A stretch of DNA of 64,000 nucleotides from Kondoa subrosea (GCA_039545335.1 BCIN01000003.1:434001-498000), one strand, 5' to 3'. Shown: positions 25,224 to 39,059, counted from the first letter of the stretch. Notes: generated by a model from the sequence alone, not told the origin. A program made the numbers and translations.

Positions 25224-28029
25224 TCAAGATCCATATTACTTTGCTCTTCCTTCAACTTCTTAGTGATCCGCTTGAAGAAACTGTGAGCTACACCTCGCTT
25301 GACATTGATTTCGTTATCTTTTGTATGCAGGCTACCGAAATGTTGCATCAAATTCGCTTTATTTTGCCTATACATTTCAAATCAGTTCCTCGAGCCCTTT
25401 TCATAAAAGCAGAGAAGCACTTACTCAGCGAGAATATGTAAATTGCTGCATCCGAAATCATACAACACTTCGACCAAACGATCTCGATCTTCTTGCTCAT
25501 GTCTTTGCATCAATTCTTCCACTAAAGCTCTTAGACCAGCAGGAGGTGTGTGAAGTTTCTTTTCTTCAGGGAAAGACGTGCCCCATTTGACCTTCAAATG
25601 AGGTGAAGAAGAATGTTGGTGCTGCTGTTGTTGGCTTCTTTCTTCATCCGGTTCCTGACTTGATCCCGGAACAACCAAAGCTGGTACTCGAGCAACTGGA
25701 GGCGCTGCAGATGGTTCGCGAGGTGGCTGCTGGGACCCGGCGAATCCAGCAAAATATGATGCAAGTTCAGGTTGCGCTGAGAGCTACGGTGATCTTGATC
25801 TTTGATGGCCAGAATTGAGTGGCAAAGATTGATGACGATCCGGAGAAGTGACTTTGGGCGACTGAGAATGCGTTTGCTGATTTTGAGCTTGAGCTTGTTG
25901 TCGTGCAGTGGCATTCAAAGCAGCTTGCGAGAACAATGAAAGTTGTGCTGGTGGATTCAGACTTGCAGCAGCTTCATTTTGCGTTGGCTTAGGAACGAGC
26001 TGTTGCTGAACAAGAGGTGAAGGAGAAGATGATTTGGATCCAGCAGAACCGTCTTGTGATAATGTGGATTGATCGGCAAGTGTTGTCGATGAAGGCGCGT
26101 CCTCCGCGAGAGTAGCAACTTGCGCAGGCTTCAGAGCTTCTACAACAGGTTGTTCTGAAGGATCTCTAGGTGAAGTAGCACTGCTTCTTGGCGAATCAGA
26201 ATCATTAAAATGAGGCAAAAGTGGTTCAAAAGAAGAGTGTGAGCCATTAGGGGAAGGGATCACATGAGCAGGCGATAGCTCCTTACCCGATATGACGGGA
26301 GAGTCTGCTGAATGATCCATCTCTTCATCTTCTTCCTGTTCCCTTTCTGATTGACGCTGCGCATGGTTCGGACTCGGAAACGGCAAAGGTGGGAAAGCTC
26401 GATTGCCAAATGTTTGAGCTGGACTTTCTGGTTCTTGTTTATTTGCTTGGTCTGATTGCTGGGGAGGCAATTGAGGTTCTTGAAAGAGATCAGGCATCTC
26501 ATCAGCTGGTGTGAGAAATCGTTCTTGAGATTCGTTAGCAGAAGGTGGAGTTTGAGCTGCTTGATTATCTTCGCTAGGCGTTTCAGTAGGATATTGAATG
26601 AACGCAGCAAACACATCATCGTCTGCATCTGCAGTTTCAGATTTGACAGGTCTTTGTGTACTTGACAGTGCCGCCGGAGCAGCTCGGTATGGAGGATCCT
26701 CTTCTTCATCTGAACTATCCAAAAGTTCGATCGCTTGGGTTTTTGACTTACCGTCTTTAGGTGGTAGTGAGGAGCCAGTTGCAGTAGCGGTCTTTCTTGC
26801 TACCCGAGAGCGATCTACGTTTGCAGAATACAAGCCAGATGTGGATGCGATTGGGGGAATAGCATTCGAAGTGCTTGCTCTTTGATTCGAAGCAGGTTTA
26901 CTTGCAGACTGAGAGGGTGCACTTTGTGTAGATGAAGGTTTTCGACAGACGGAACGAGGCGCTATTCGAGCGTTTGGCCAAGCTGCACTGGTTGATTCGC
27001 GACGATCATTAGCCAACATAACCAAGTCGTCAGCTGCTCCTGAACGCCTTGTTTGTCGACGCGGTTGAGCTGTAAGATCTTCATTAATTGATGCGTGATA
27101 CGCATTGTCCCAATCACGGCCTCTGAAAAGTAGATATCAGTTCCGCGATACTAGGACGGCATCAGTAGACAACTTACGCATCCCAAATCGATTTAGGCCT
27201 GTAAGCACTAGCAAGTCCTTTCGGTTTCTTGACTACTTTAGCGGGAGAAAGAGGCATATTCTCCAGATTAAGGAAATCTTCTTCTTCTGCCTCTGACAGT
27301 TCATCTTCGCTTGAAGAAGACTCTGAAGTCTCTTTATCGATGACCAAAGCCTTCTTCTTTCCCTTTCCCGTCCTACCCCGTTTCGCTGGCGGTAATTCGT
27401 CCCCGTCTTCTGAATAATCCGATCTTGGAGGATGCTGTTTCAGTGCTTTCCCTTTCTTCCGCTTCCGCGATGATGGTACATTCTGTGACCGTACAGCCGG
27501 CTGAGTAGATTGACTAGAGGAAGGACGGGAGGACTGCGGGCGAGAGGAAGAAGCAACAGGTGCTTGAGATGGACGCGAAGAAGTGGATGCCGCTGGTTGT
27601 GACGATGTCCGACCTAAGCATGCGTCGCGATGAGTCAAGACAGCTACAGCTGTAATAGCGAATTTCTCTTCACTACAGACAGTGGCCTAGACGCGTAAAA
27701 CAACATGTATCAGATTTCTATTCAAAGGAGTAATAGACCTGCGACATACAGTGATTCGGAAAGGACAGCCAGGCCGCAAGCACATGCCTTGTATAACAGC
27801 TCCCTGCTTGTATCGAGCGAATCCAAGACTTGCTCCGCCATCGTCTTTCCATTTCCATTGGATTGGCAATGAAGGCTGATCTATGGCAGCAGCTGCCTGA
27901 TAATTGTCTGTGCATAAGCCTGTTGTTCCGCTGAGCATTACGTGACCTTGGATTCACTCCTATACTTGCTCCCATTTCGGTGCGGCTGTTATAGACCCTG
28001 CCTGCTCGCGTTGCCTTTGCCAATTCCAT
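25224..28029 (-). CDS. Paralog-like protein with MuDR-type C2HC Zn finger and C-terminal SAM-like domain; internal in-frame TAG at 25784-25786
   Basis: GRVYNSRTE...GMCLRPGCPFRIT|ATVCSEEKFAITAVAVLTHRDAC; C-terminal GLRALVEELM..RDRLVEVLYDFGCSNLHILA; ORFs 25784-27025 and 25421-25678 share a frame and are separated only by one TAG. Confidence 0.62.
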
Positions 28030-28194
28030 CTCTGCTGCCTTCCGTAGTGGTATCGCCTACTGTGGTATTTGTTGATCCTAGTGATCGCTTGCGGAAAAGC
28101 TCAGCATTTCAATCTCGCCCTGGTACCTATCGAATAAGGAAGGACCTTGTAACCGGCGCTTGTGCTGCCCTGCTTTTCCTGTGTCAACCACACA

Positions 28195-29712
28195 ATGTAC
28201 CGATCTTTCCTTGTCTCTCTCTGCCTGTCCGCTGTGTCCGCCCAAAATATCATTCAAGCACTTTCGGGCAATGCAAATTTCTCTTCCTTCGCTACCTTGT
28301 TACAACAGCCTTCTGCTTCATCGCTGTTAGATCAGATCAATGCTGGAAGTCTGACTGTGTTGGCACCAAATAACGCTGTAAGCACAATTCATCAAAGGGG
28401 CATGAGCATGTCATTAATTTGCAAGACAGGCATTGGCGGCAGCAGATATCACTACATCGAATCTCAATTTAGATCAGCTAGCCTACCATGTGTTGCGGTA
28501 AGCACTTCTCCGTTGAGCTAATGTCTAAAGCTCTGACAATTTATGCATACAGAGGATCTTTCCCTGCTGCTTCTATACCGTTTGGCCATTCTATTGTGCG
28601 CTCGCTTTCTAGGGCAGCTACTCTGCGTTCGTCCAATCTATGGTCTCCGAATTCCTTGACTTACAATCATGCTAGCAAACAATGAAACTCACGCAGTCGT
28701 TTTCAACAAAGATTTCTTGACACTCTCAGTAGTTCAAGGACTCTCGAATGCTACTGTTTTATCTTCTACGCAGTCAGGGAATACTACCATTCATCAACTC
28801 GATTCGGTTCTATCACTACCTGCTTCATTGTCAGCAACAGCGGGAGCTGCCGGATTATCTTCTTTCGCTGTCACCGTAACGACAGTCCTTCCTGGTCTGA
28901 TAGAAGGCTTGGAGCAACTACGAGGCATTACAGTCTTTGCTCCGATTAATAGCGCGTGAGTCGATTTGCATGAAAAAGGTCACTGCTGAATCGAAGCTTG
29001 TTCATTAGTTTCAGCAATCTTGTCGGAATACTGAGCTCCATACCACCAGGCACAGTATCCAATGTTTTAGCTCATCGTGAGTGGTCGCTTAAGATAGCTG
29101 TATGTCAGCTTACCTCAAGCACTTCCATCACAGATGTTCTGAGTAAATATCTTTCATTGCGTCTACCAAACTGGACTCATATATGCTGCAGATGGCACGG
29201 TTGTCTATTCTCCTTCAATGGCTAGCAATACTTTATCGATAACAGCCTCGGGCGAACCCGTGCATTACATCCATAATGTTTGTGACTCTCTGCGTGGATG
29301 AATGAATAATACTCACACGTTCTTCTACACCAGGCTACAGGCACTTTTGTTCAAGCTAGAGATAACACCGTCAAAATTCTGATTGCAGATGTACCGATCT
29401 TGTATGTTCCCGCTCTCTTTCTTCTCCAGATATCTTTACTCAAGCTCTTCATTTGGTAGGAACGGAGTGGTACATGTCGTTGATGGTATTCTCATTAACC
29501 CACAATCAGATGCAGCAGCTCTAGCATCAGCGTAAGCCAGTGGCAGAGCGATCCAGTCAAATTTTTTGGCTGATTGCCCAATTTGGTCTTACAGTCAATC
29601 AGCAGAATCAGCTGAATTAGCAACCGAAACAGCTGTACAAACTGGTTTTGTTACGGAATCTCTTGATCCTGCTCCAACTGGCTTTCCGACTAGATTGAGG
29701 AGATGGGCGTAG
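28195..29712 (+). CDS. Secreted fasciclin (FAS1) domain protein, two FAS1 repeats
   Basis: Signal peptide MYRSFLVSLCLSAVSA; LTVLAPNNA, TIHQLDSVLSLP, ITVFAPINSA, LAHHVLNG, NGVVHVVDGILINP. Confidence 0.9.
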
Positions 29713-30153
29713 TGCCTCTTGTCTAGGTAGAGGGAAGATGTACATGTAGAGCATGTAGTTATCTTTGTCTGATAGTGCAAATGAAGACTCTCGCTTGGAT
29801 CGATCGAGATCGGGTTGTTTTCGAATAGCGACTGCTCTTTCATTAATGTCTCTCGCTGGATTCTCTGAATCCTGTCTCGTCGTCGCAAAAGGCGCTATAT
29901 CGATGTCTTTTCCCTTGAAGATTTCGCAGTGTTTTCGCAGCAATAAGATATTGACTTTTTGTCATCTGATCACAACGTCCCTTACTTGATGTACAACATA
30001 TAGTGCACTATCTGTATCGCTCTGTCCGAGATGTCAATCGACTCAGCTCGTTTCCTGAATCTTCTGTCTTTGCATGGAAACTTCCCTTGACACTTCACTC
30101 ACTAACATGTTTGCCCTTTCTCTTCTTCCTCTTCTTTCAAGACCGTCATTTCA

Positions 30154-31180
30154 ATGCTCTGCAAAGTCATAGCTGCAGCGAGTTGCCTCTGCAAACGGCA
30201 GGACAATATGCTGACTAATGACTTAGATCTGCCTTATCAGCCCTTTGGCCTCGGCTGGACCCGTTGACAAGCACACCGGCACTTGTGCACCTCTAGAAGT
30301 GTATCAATTTGGGGGATGGTCCACTTCGACATCTTATGCTCAGGTAAGTTGAATCTCGCAGGCGCAAAGCAGAGCTGATACACCCTCAGAATGACTTGGA
30401 AGCGGTCGGTGACGCTCTGGTAATAGCTATGAAGAAGGATCTTCCGTATATCGTCACCCCATCTTTATCTGCACCGCTGAGTAATGTCTTAGTTCCGCTG
30501 CTGTTCTCGGCTTTCACTATGATCGCTACAGTCCAACATTCAACAAGACATTCTTCAATGAGACTGTACTGGCTGCTGGTAATTCCGCTTCAGTCTTCTT
30601 GGTACGCAGACTTTTTTCCAGCAACACAAAGCTGACCTAAGACTTGGTATAGAAAGAGCGCTCTCATAAATGCCCAAAGACCAAGTTCGCGCTTTCGGGC
30701 TATAGCCTGGTGAGTGTCACTACTATCTTGCAGGCTCGACGGTGCTGATCCATCAGCAGGGCGCTCTGACGATCCATGCAATCCCACTCTACCTGGATCT
30801 TATGACCAAGAAGAAGATCGTAGCTATCGCTGCTTACGGTGTCAGCCTTTCTCTTTCTCTGAAATAGTGGATTTCCATCTCATTGAACATTCAGGACGCG
30901 ACTATTGATCCAGCTTTGATCAACGGTAGACATACTTGGCCTATTGACGATAAGAAATGCATCTTTTCGTACTGCAACACTGGTGATCTCATCTGCGACA
31001 AGAGAAACAATACGGTGATTTGGGGTAAGTGTTATTAAAATTGTGTAGATCGAGACTAAATTTGCTTGAACAGATCCTTTTGTGGAAGCCAATCCTGCAC
31101 ATGGGACTTACAACGCAACCGCAGTTCCTTCAGCTGCCAAGGGCATTACCAAGTGCATCTTAAAACACCAGTGGGATTGA
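30154..31180 (+). CDS. Cutinase (CE5) family secreted hydrolase
   Basis: Spliced signal peptide MLCKVIAA|ICLISPLASA; CPKTKFALSGYSL|GA nucleophile motif, IVAIAAYG, YCNTGDLICD, PAHGTY. Confidence 0.85.
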
Positions 31181-31480
31181 AAATCGATATTGGGAAAATG
31201 AATACGATTTTAATTAGCTTTTACCTTCAATGCTGTGCATTGTAGATTCTTCATAGATTTAGCAAGCTCTGTAGTCCTTTTATCGTAAAACTTCGCTTTT
31301 CACGCGCTCATCACATTGCGTTAGACTTAACTGAAGGGATAAAACGGAATGGCAAATTGGAAATGAGATCAAAGAGAAGTAAGACAGGCAGGAAAGAGGT
31401 GTATGGAGTGCTCATACAAGCACGATCAGATTGCTTGTATTACTCAAAGTCAGAAGTGATACAACAAATTGATGTCAGTT

Positions 31481-32685
31481 CTATGAAACTTGCACAGTCT
31501 GTTTCAATAGCTTGCTGAGTTCTGTCAGATATAACGATCTAAAAGATCAGCACCACACTGAAACTCTAGACCAAAACACTGACTTTCCAAACTCGCACCA
31601 GCACTTTTGCTGTTCACCCCACTGATAGCGCTTTGCTGTTCCTCACTTCCAACATTGCCAGCTACCACAGGTACCTTGACCAATTCTCCTTCGACCGTCC
31701 AATCGCCTTCTAGCTGACCCAAAATCTCATTCAAATCCTCATTCTCTTCTAGACCTAACCAAGAACCAAATCGTTTCTTATCAATCGCCTTGAACAAAGG
31801 TTGTACGACATCCCTAGCAATAGAAGAACGGAGAGCTAATTTGAAGTTTGGGATCGCTTCCAATGCTTTGGACAGGTTAGCTTCAGTCGTCAATTTGGGT
31901 AAAGAAGACCAGAAAGTCGGGAATTGACGAGAGCGAAGATGTTCTGATAAGGTCTTAAGGTTGGAGTAAGAGGAGATGAGTTCTTCCGAGGAGAATTCAG
32001 GTGACTGTGGATGAATTCGATCAAAACAATTCCTAGCTTGCATTTGAGCATGATCACACACCATCTGATCTCCCAACAAAGCAAGGCATAGATTGAAATC
32101 AGGTCCAAAGGGTTGATGTGCCAAAGCTTTGAGCAAGATTAAGAAAATGGTATATGGTCTTGATTCGTCTCCTTCATCATCTGAGTTCCCTTCCGCTGTA
32201 GCTGGTACTAGATCTGGGTTGAATTGATATCTGTGCATCCATATAATGGGTCAGGTCGTGTCCAACAGTGTAATATGGAAATGACAGAGCAGTAGTGGAT
32301 CAGAAAAGTTTAGTAGTAGTAGATGTTTCGTCAATTGACAGCGCAGCTTGTGCGTGCCATTGGTAGAAGCTCGTATATGCATAAAAAGGTGTAATCATAT
32401 TGCAGATAGGGAGAGAAGTCGGAAGAAACAAAAGACTATAGGTAAGCTTACAGCTTAAGAATGGCCAGGTTGGCTAGCAGATCGTAGTGGCCTTCATCTG
32501 CTTGCTCTAAGAGGTAGTCTTCAAGGATGGAGACGTTCTGCAAGTATAAGACCTTGTTAGCATTTTTTGTGCATTTGTCAAGGCAAGCAGCTTGCCGTTG
32601 GGTTGTAGCGATCTACGCCTGCAATGAGAGCTTCTATAGCTTCTGGCCGCGAGCTGGGTGCGTAAGCAGAGCTTGAAGAAGACAT
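31481..32685 (-). CDS. eIF3k: Translation initiation factor eIF3 subunit K
   Basis: RPEAIEALIAGVDRYNPT|NVSILEDYL..YDLLANLAILKL|YQFNP, ILLKAL..PFGPDFNLCLALL, FPTFW. Confidence 0.93.
32300..32398 (-). ncRNA. Candidate intronic box C/D snoRNA in eIF3k intron 2
   Basis: Oversized ~220-nt intron with C-like box ATGATTA (32398-32392), internal C'-like TGACGA and D box CTGA (32303-32300) about 100 nt apart; target not identified. Confidence 0.4.
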
Positions 32686-32759
32686 GATTTTGGTGGTCAA
32701 GAGTAGAGTACAATTTGACAATCGCATTACAAGCTATCAACACAGACGGCGACGATATT

Positions 32760-34094
32760 CTACAAGAACTTGACGCGCTGCAAGTAGAGACCTGACTTCT
32801 GCCTTTCTTCCGGGGTGAGCTGTCAAGTGAACGCTTCAAAATATCAGAGACAGAACACTTGAACCTGGGTCGCTAACCTTGTGCATATGCTCAACAACCT
32901 TCGTGACGTCTTCGTTTGCATTTACAAACCGTCCGCTCAGAATATCTGCCTTTCCTCCAGCAATGTAAGTGAAAGTCTGACCAGCAAGTCGAGGCTGTAC
33001 GACTATAGATCAACTTTCACCAGCCTACAAGAGAGAGATTGTAGCATACATCGTCCGTCAGACTAATAGAAACGTCAATTCCGGGCTCTTATGGCAGAAC
33101 GTAAACTTACATAGTATCTCTCGCTTTTGCGAAATGCTGCAAGCCAGGTAATGTGTCCGGAATAGGGTGAGTCCGACCATCCCCAAGTGTAGTCTTAGCC
33201 GAACAAGGCTGTCTGTAAGTTGGTCTTAATCACACACGTACATACGTGAATGAAGAAGAACTACTCACATAGCAAAGCACTGGACATTCTTATCCTTGAA
33301 TTCGTCATGTACATGCTCGACCAATCGGTTCACAGCAGATTTCGATACGCCATAAGAAGAGAAACCTTGACCGGCTGGGAAAGAGGATGCTATTGAAGAA
33401 GTAATAAGGATCCTTCCGCCGCCGCGTTTGGCCCTATCTCTCGATGAGCTCAATTTCTGCGTAGAGATAGTAGCTTACATTCGAGGTGCCATAAGTCTGC
33501 AGACTAGCATCGGGCCTTTCAGATTGATTTCCTGCGTTCTGGTCGACACGTTCAGAAGGACAAGCGAAGTGTGTTCTTGAAGCCTACCTCCACCATTTCT
33601 CTGTACTGAATTCTTCTTCAAACATAGCGTACATGTAAGACATTGCGGAGCTGAGCAATTTGAGCACTTGAGAGCAGCGTAGGATGAATGCCGACTTACT
33701 TTGCTATAACCACATCAATGGGACCCAGCTCTTTCTCAGTTTCATCAAACAATCGTTTCAATTGATCTTCATCAGTAATATCAGTTGCGCAATAATAAGT
33801 CTTGCAACCATGCTTCTCTTGCAGTTCTTGTGCGACTTCTTTCAATTCCTCTTCATTCCTCGCAGCGATAGATACGTTTGCTCCAGCAGCAGCTATCGAG
33901 TTGGCCATGACTTTGCCTAGTCCTCGACCAGCTCCAATGATGCATACTACTTTGCCTTTCAGAGAATTGGCTAGAACTTCCTCTGAAATAGCTGGATAAG
34001 GCTCTGAGACGCTTTTCGAGAATTATATTAGGAACGAGAGAGAGAGAGGGAAGAAGCCAAAGGTCGCATACTAAGGCTGAGTTCCCATTTGCAT
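32760..34094 (-). CDS. Short-chain dehydrogenase/reductase (SDR)
   Basis: LKGKVVCIIGAGRGLG Rossmann motif, GPIDVVIA, GRILITSS, catalytic YGVSK, LSGRFVNANED. Confidence 0.92.
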
Positions 34095-34651
34095 ATTGTG
34101 CTAATCTCTGGATGAAAGGCAGGGAACAGCCAAGACTTGCCCGAAGCGAGTGGAGAAGGTGTATGAATGTAAGAGTAAAGAAGAGAAGTAGCAGCAAGTG
34201 CAACTCGACGAGAACGGATCAATGGATAATGCTGACAATAACCGTTCGACAGGGTGATCCGGAATTGAGTAGCAGCAGCAAGAGGCGACAATATCCCTTC
34301 AGACACTGCACTTCTGAAGAAAGCGAAACAGAGGTTCTTTTCGCTGTAAGCCTTTGATTCGCTTAACGATGCTTCTGCAGAATTTGTCGACAATGGATTC
34401 TATCAGCCAATCTGAGCAACCCTACGGTCAGGGTGTCGTAGATTCTTAATTGATTACGATTACAGGCACCGAATGTAGCAAGTCATGGATTGCAGAAGAG
34501 GCTCATAAAGACCATCTTTCGTGCTTTTGTCCTGTGTTTCCCGCTGCATCAGAGCTCTCGCACAGAAGCAGACTTGAGACTGAGTGACATCTAGCTGCTT
34601 GGTGCCAAATATCAAGTTTCGACTTTCGCTTCATCTTGACTGTTTTCGGCG

Positions 34652-35400
34652 ATGTCCTTCATTACACGAAGTCGGCTGCTAGCCAAACGAGCTGCTCGAC
34701 CTGCTTTAGCCCACAGAACTGCAGCAACAGCAACACATGATTCTCATCATGCTCACGAAGCAGATTCGACACAATATCCTACCGAAAGTCAGTAAACCTG
34801 GTTTGCTCCGTCTAGTGAAAGGCTGAGCAAGCCCTTGACTGTCAGGTTTTCGGTCTATCTTATGGCCTATCACTGTACTGTCCATCATTGGCGGTACTTT
34901 ACTCTATCAACAATCAGGTCGCAACACTCTAAAACCTACAGATCCCTTATCCACTACTTCTGAAGGGTTCCCAGCAGAAGCGGAAGATGAATCTAAACCT
35001 TTCTTAACTCGATACTTGGCTTATCATTTCCCTAGACAAGAGGTTTGGCAAAAGAGGAACGAGAAACATTTGGAAGTCGTACTTGGTAAAGCGGCGGATA
35101 AGTTGTTGATGCAGGATGCGGAAATGCCTAGATTGAGAAGGAGGAGATATGCTCAGTTAGTCCCAGTTCTTGCTCATGATTGAAAGTTGTAATTGCTGAA
35201 CCTCGCAATCTTATAGGTCTTTGGATCAGGCTTCACCTCATTGCAAGTAGCAAGATCTCTGTATGTCATATATGTGACTGACAGCTTTGAAACTTGCAGC
35301 CGTTCCTGTTGGATTGGAGATTGATAATTCCGACTTCAAGATTGATTTCTCAATTCGACCAAATGTAATTTCAAAAGCGGAAGAAGGTGACCATCATTAG
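34652..35400 (+). CDS. Mitochondrial complex I accessory subunit (fungal 17.8 kDa-like)
   Basis: Arg-rich presequence MSFITRSRLLAKRAARP, His-rich segment, one TM helix, PFLTRYLAYHF..WQKRNEKHL..DKLLMQDA..RY..LDQASPH.VPVG; absent from the ORF track. Confidence 0.7.
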
Positions 35401-35750
35401 AAGGAGGCGTATGGTCTGTCGTGGAATGGAGCTAGTATATAAGTGAAGATTAGGCAAAGGTTGTTCCAATGCATTGCATTGCATTATGCAGGCTGCATGA
35501 CACTCGTATTCGCGTTGCTATACTCAAGTGAAGTGTTGCACGAGTTGCCTGTGTGTAACAGTACCGCTCTAATCTGAGTTTCGGCAGCTTACGCTTGACT
35601 AGCAACTGCCATTATACCTCTCGCTAGTACTGCCTGTCAGCGCAGCACAAGTCCTTCAAGCTTCCTGCGTATCTCTCTGTAGTCTGTGCCCCCTTAATCT
35701 GCCGCCTTGGATTCGCGCACCCAAGTAACTATTTTGGAAACAATCATACA

Positions 35751-36574
35751 ATGGCAGCAAGAGCTTTCTTTCGTCTTCTCTCCCGTCAACATCAATCTGA
35801 ACTCTCCTTCTCCTCCTCCCCTTTCCGCTCGTCCAAACCATTCCAACGTTTCTCATCCACTTCCACTCAAACATCATCAACAGAAGCGCAATTAGCCGAC
35901 CCATCTTTAGCTGCCAGACTACGTAGATTATTAAGAGAGAATGGGAAAGTTGCATTAGGGGTTTATTTAGGTTTAGGAGCTATAGATTTCTCAATAACTT
36001 TTTTAGCAGTTTATTCTCTTGGTGCGGATCATGTTAGGGAAGCTGAAGATTGGGTTTTAAGGCATTTGGATTGGAGAAGGAAAAGCTTACCTGCTGATTC
36101 TTCGATATTGAGAGGAGAGGAGGAGGATGGGATAGAAAGACGACAAGATGGTGGGAAAGAAGGTGGTGTTGTGATTAGAGTGAGGGATAAAGTTGGTCAA
36201 TGGGCAGAAAAGAAACAAGCTCAACATACTCTCAAACAAGAGGAAGCCAAGTTGGAAGAGAAGAAAGCAATGGGTTCTGCATTATGGACTACTGCGCTAT
36301 TGGCATATACGATACACAAGACTGCTTTGCTGCCTTTCAGGATTGGCGCAACGGCTGCAATAACGCCTGGTGTGGTTAGGTACGTGAAGCTTACATTGCG
36401 CACGTCGTAGTGCTTCTGAAAGTGAGCTATCGTACAGATATTTGAGGAGCTATGGCTGGAACGTAGGGGTATGTTTAACTTCCGTCCCTCTCAGGGTAAT
36501 GCTGAAAGACCTGTCAATAGCCTGCAGTATCGCTAAGGAAAGCGTCTTCACTGGCTAAAGCACCGCATTCGTGA
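35751..36574 (+). CDS. Mitochondrial DUF1279/FAM210 (Nat2-like) protein
   Basis: Presequence; LRRLLRENGKVALGVYLGLGAIDFSITFLAV; ALLAYTIHKTALLPFRIGATAAITPGVVR. Confidence 0.88.
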
Positions 36575-36682
36575 AGTCATATAGCATTGAGCATTGGCAA
36601 TCGGAAATGTAATAGCAATCGATAACGCTGCAGTCTAATCATCGCTCCCACTAACCCATTACTATTTTCTCAATCATCTCGC

Positions 36683-37992
<1,310 letters not shown>

Positions 37993-38087
37993 TGATGAAA
38001 GAGAAGAGTTGGTGGGATCTTGTCAACCTTGGACCAAATGTTGAAGTATCGGTATACGGTTAATGTAATGATGCGATGCTATGCTTT

Positions 38088-38829
38088 TCATGTACTATGT
38101 GCTAAGATGAGGTTATCCACTGCTATTCGAAATGAATCGTTATCAATCCCTCTTTTGCTTATACGCGAATCCATGCCAATCATCGGGTTTCGAACGACGT
38201 GTTCTATGAAGGGGCCGGTGTATATTTGACGCAGTAAGTAGGTGAGACTGTCTGCTTTGGAATCGGACAGTAAGATGAACTTGAAACCGCTGCCACTTTC
38301 GAAGTAATGGACTTTATATGTTGAGGTCCGATATGATAGGAAAGCTTCTTCTCTGTCAAAGTCGCATACCCGCTGAGCTATGAAATAGGCTGAGCAGGAA
38401 AGGATCCTGACCTTCCAGCTAGTTTCTTGACCATGTTCCGCAGCGAAAAGATCACACCATAGACCAACTTTGACTCCTCATCAAACGGCAATCCCCTCTT
38501 ACTTGTCGGCGCGCTACTCTTCCCGCTACTACTGTTGTTTGGATCATCTTGTTGAGCTACTAGTACGCCTGTTGAAAGGTTCGATAGTCTTTGCAGCGGT
38601 TGCACATTCGATGATGTAGAAGTAGCAGCAGTCGGAGGTCGCATTACTCCAGGCAAGAGGTTTGTTGAAGGTCGCATGAGTTTCGTACGGTTCCAATCTT
38701 GATAGTAAACGCATTCGCAGTGTCTATCGTAGACATACAGACTTCAGAAAGCACAGAAAACAAAACATGAATTGGCATGGATTCGCGAGACAGGAAAGAA
38801 AGAAGGCAAAAGCACCTGTGGATAGGCAT
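38088..38829 (-). CDS. BET5: TRAPP complex subunit Bet5/TRAPPC1
   Basis: YDRHCECVYYQDW, LPFDEESKLVYGVIFSLRNMVKKL, FLSYRTSTYKVHYFES, FIEHVVRNP. Confidence 0.93.
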
Positions 38830-39059
38830 GATAGGAAGAGCACTGGATATACGCGTGTCACAGGGGTATACCTCGTCGCTATAGAGATTTCTCTGACGCT
38901 TGATGACCGTTTCGTAACAAGCTCCTTGCTCTCGACAGTTGCTTGTGTTTCGTCTCGTTTGCCTCTCTAGCTTTCCTTCCTTGCTCTATCAATCTGACTT
39001 GTGGACAAGCAACTCAGTCAGAAAGCAGGCCTTTCTGCTGCTGAGAGCATAGTTGCATC

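Noticed and set aside
21390..28029. Active Mutator transposon
   Set aside because: No DDE catalytic domain, terminal inverted repeats or target-site duplication seen
29595..29989. Short ORFs downstream of fasciclin
   Set aside because: They are antisense or overlapping with no recognisable features; likely spurious
15883..31180. Functional cell-wall/surface gene cluster (CDA, PIG-U, fasciclin, cutinase)
   Set aside because: The genes are interspersed with unrelated ones and no shared regulatory motif was seen; proximity is plausibly chance
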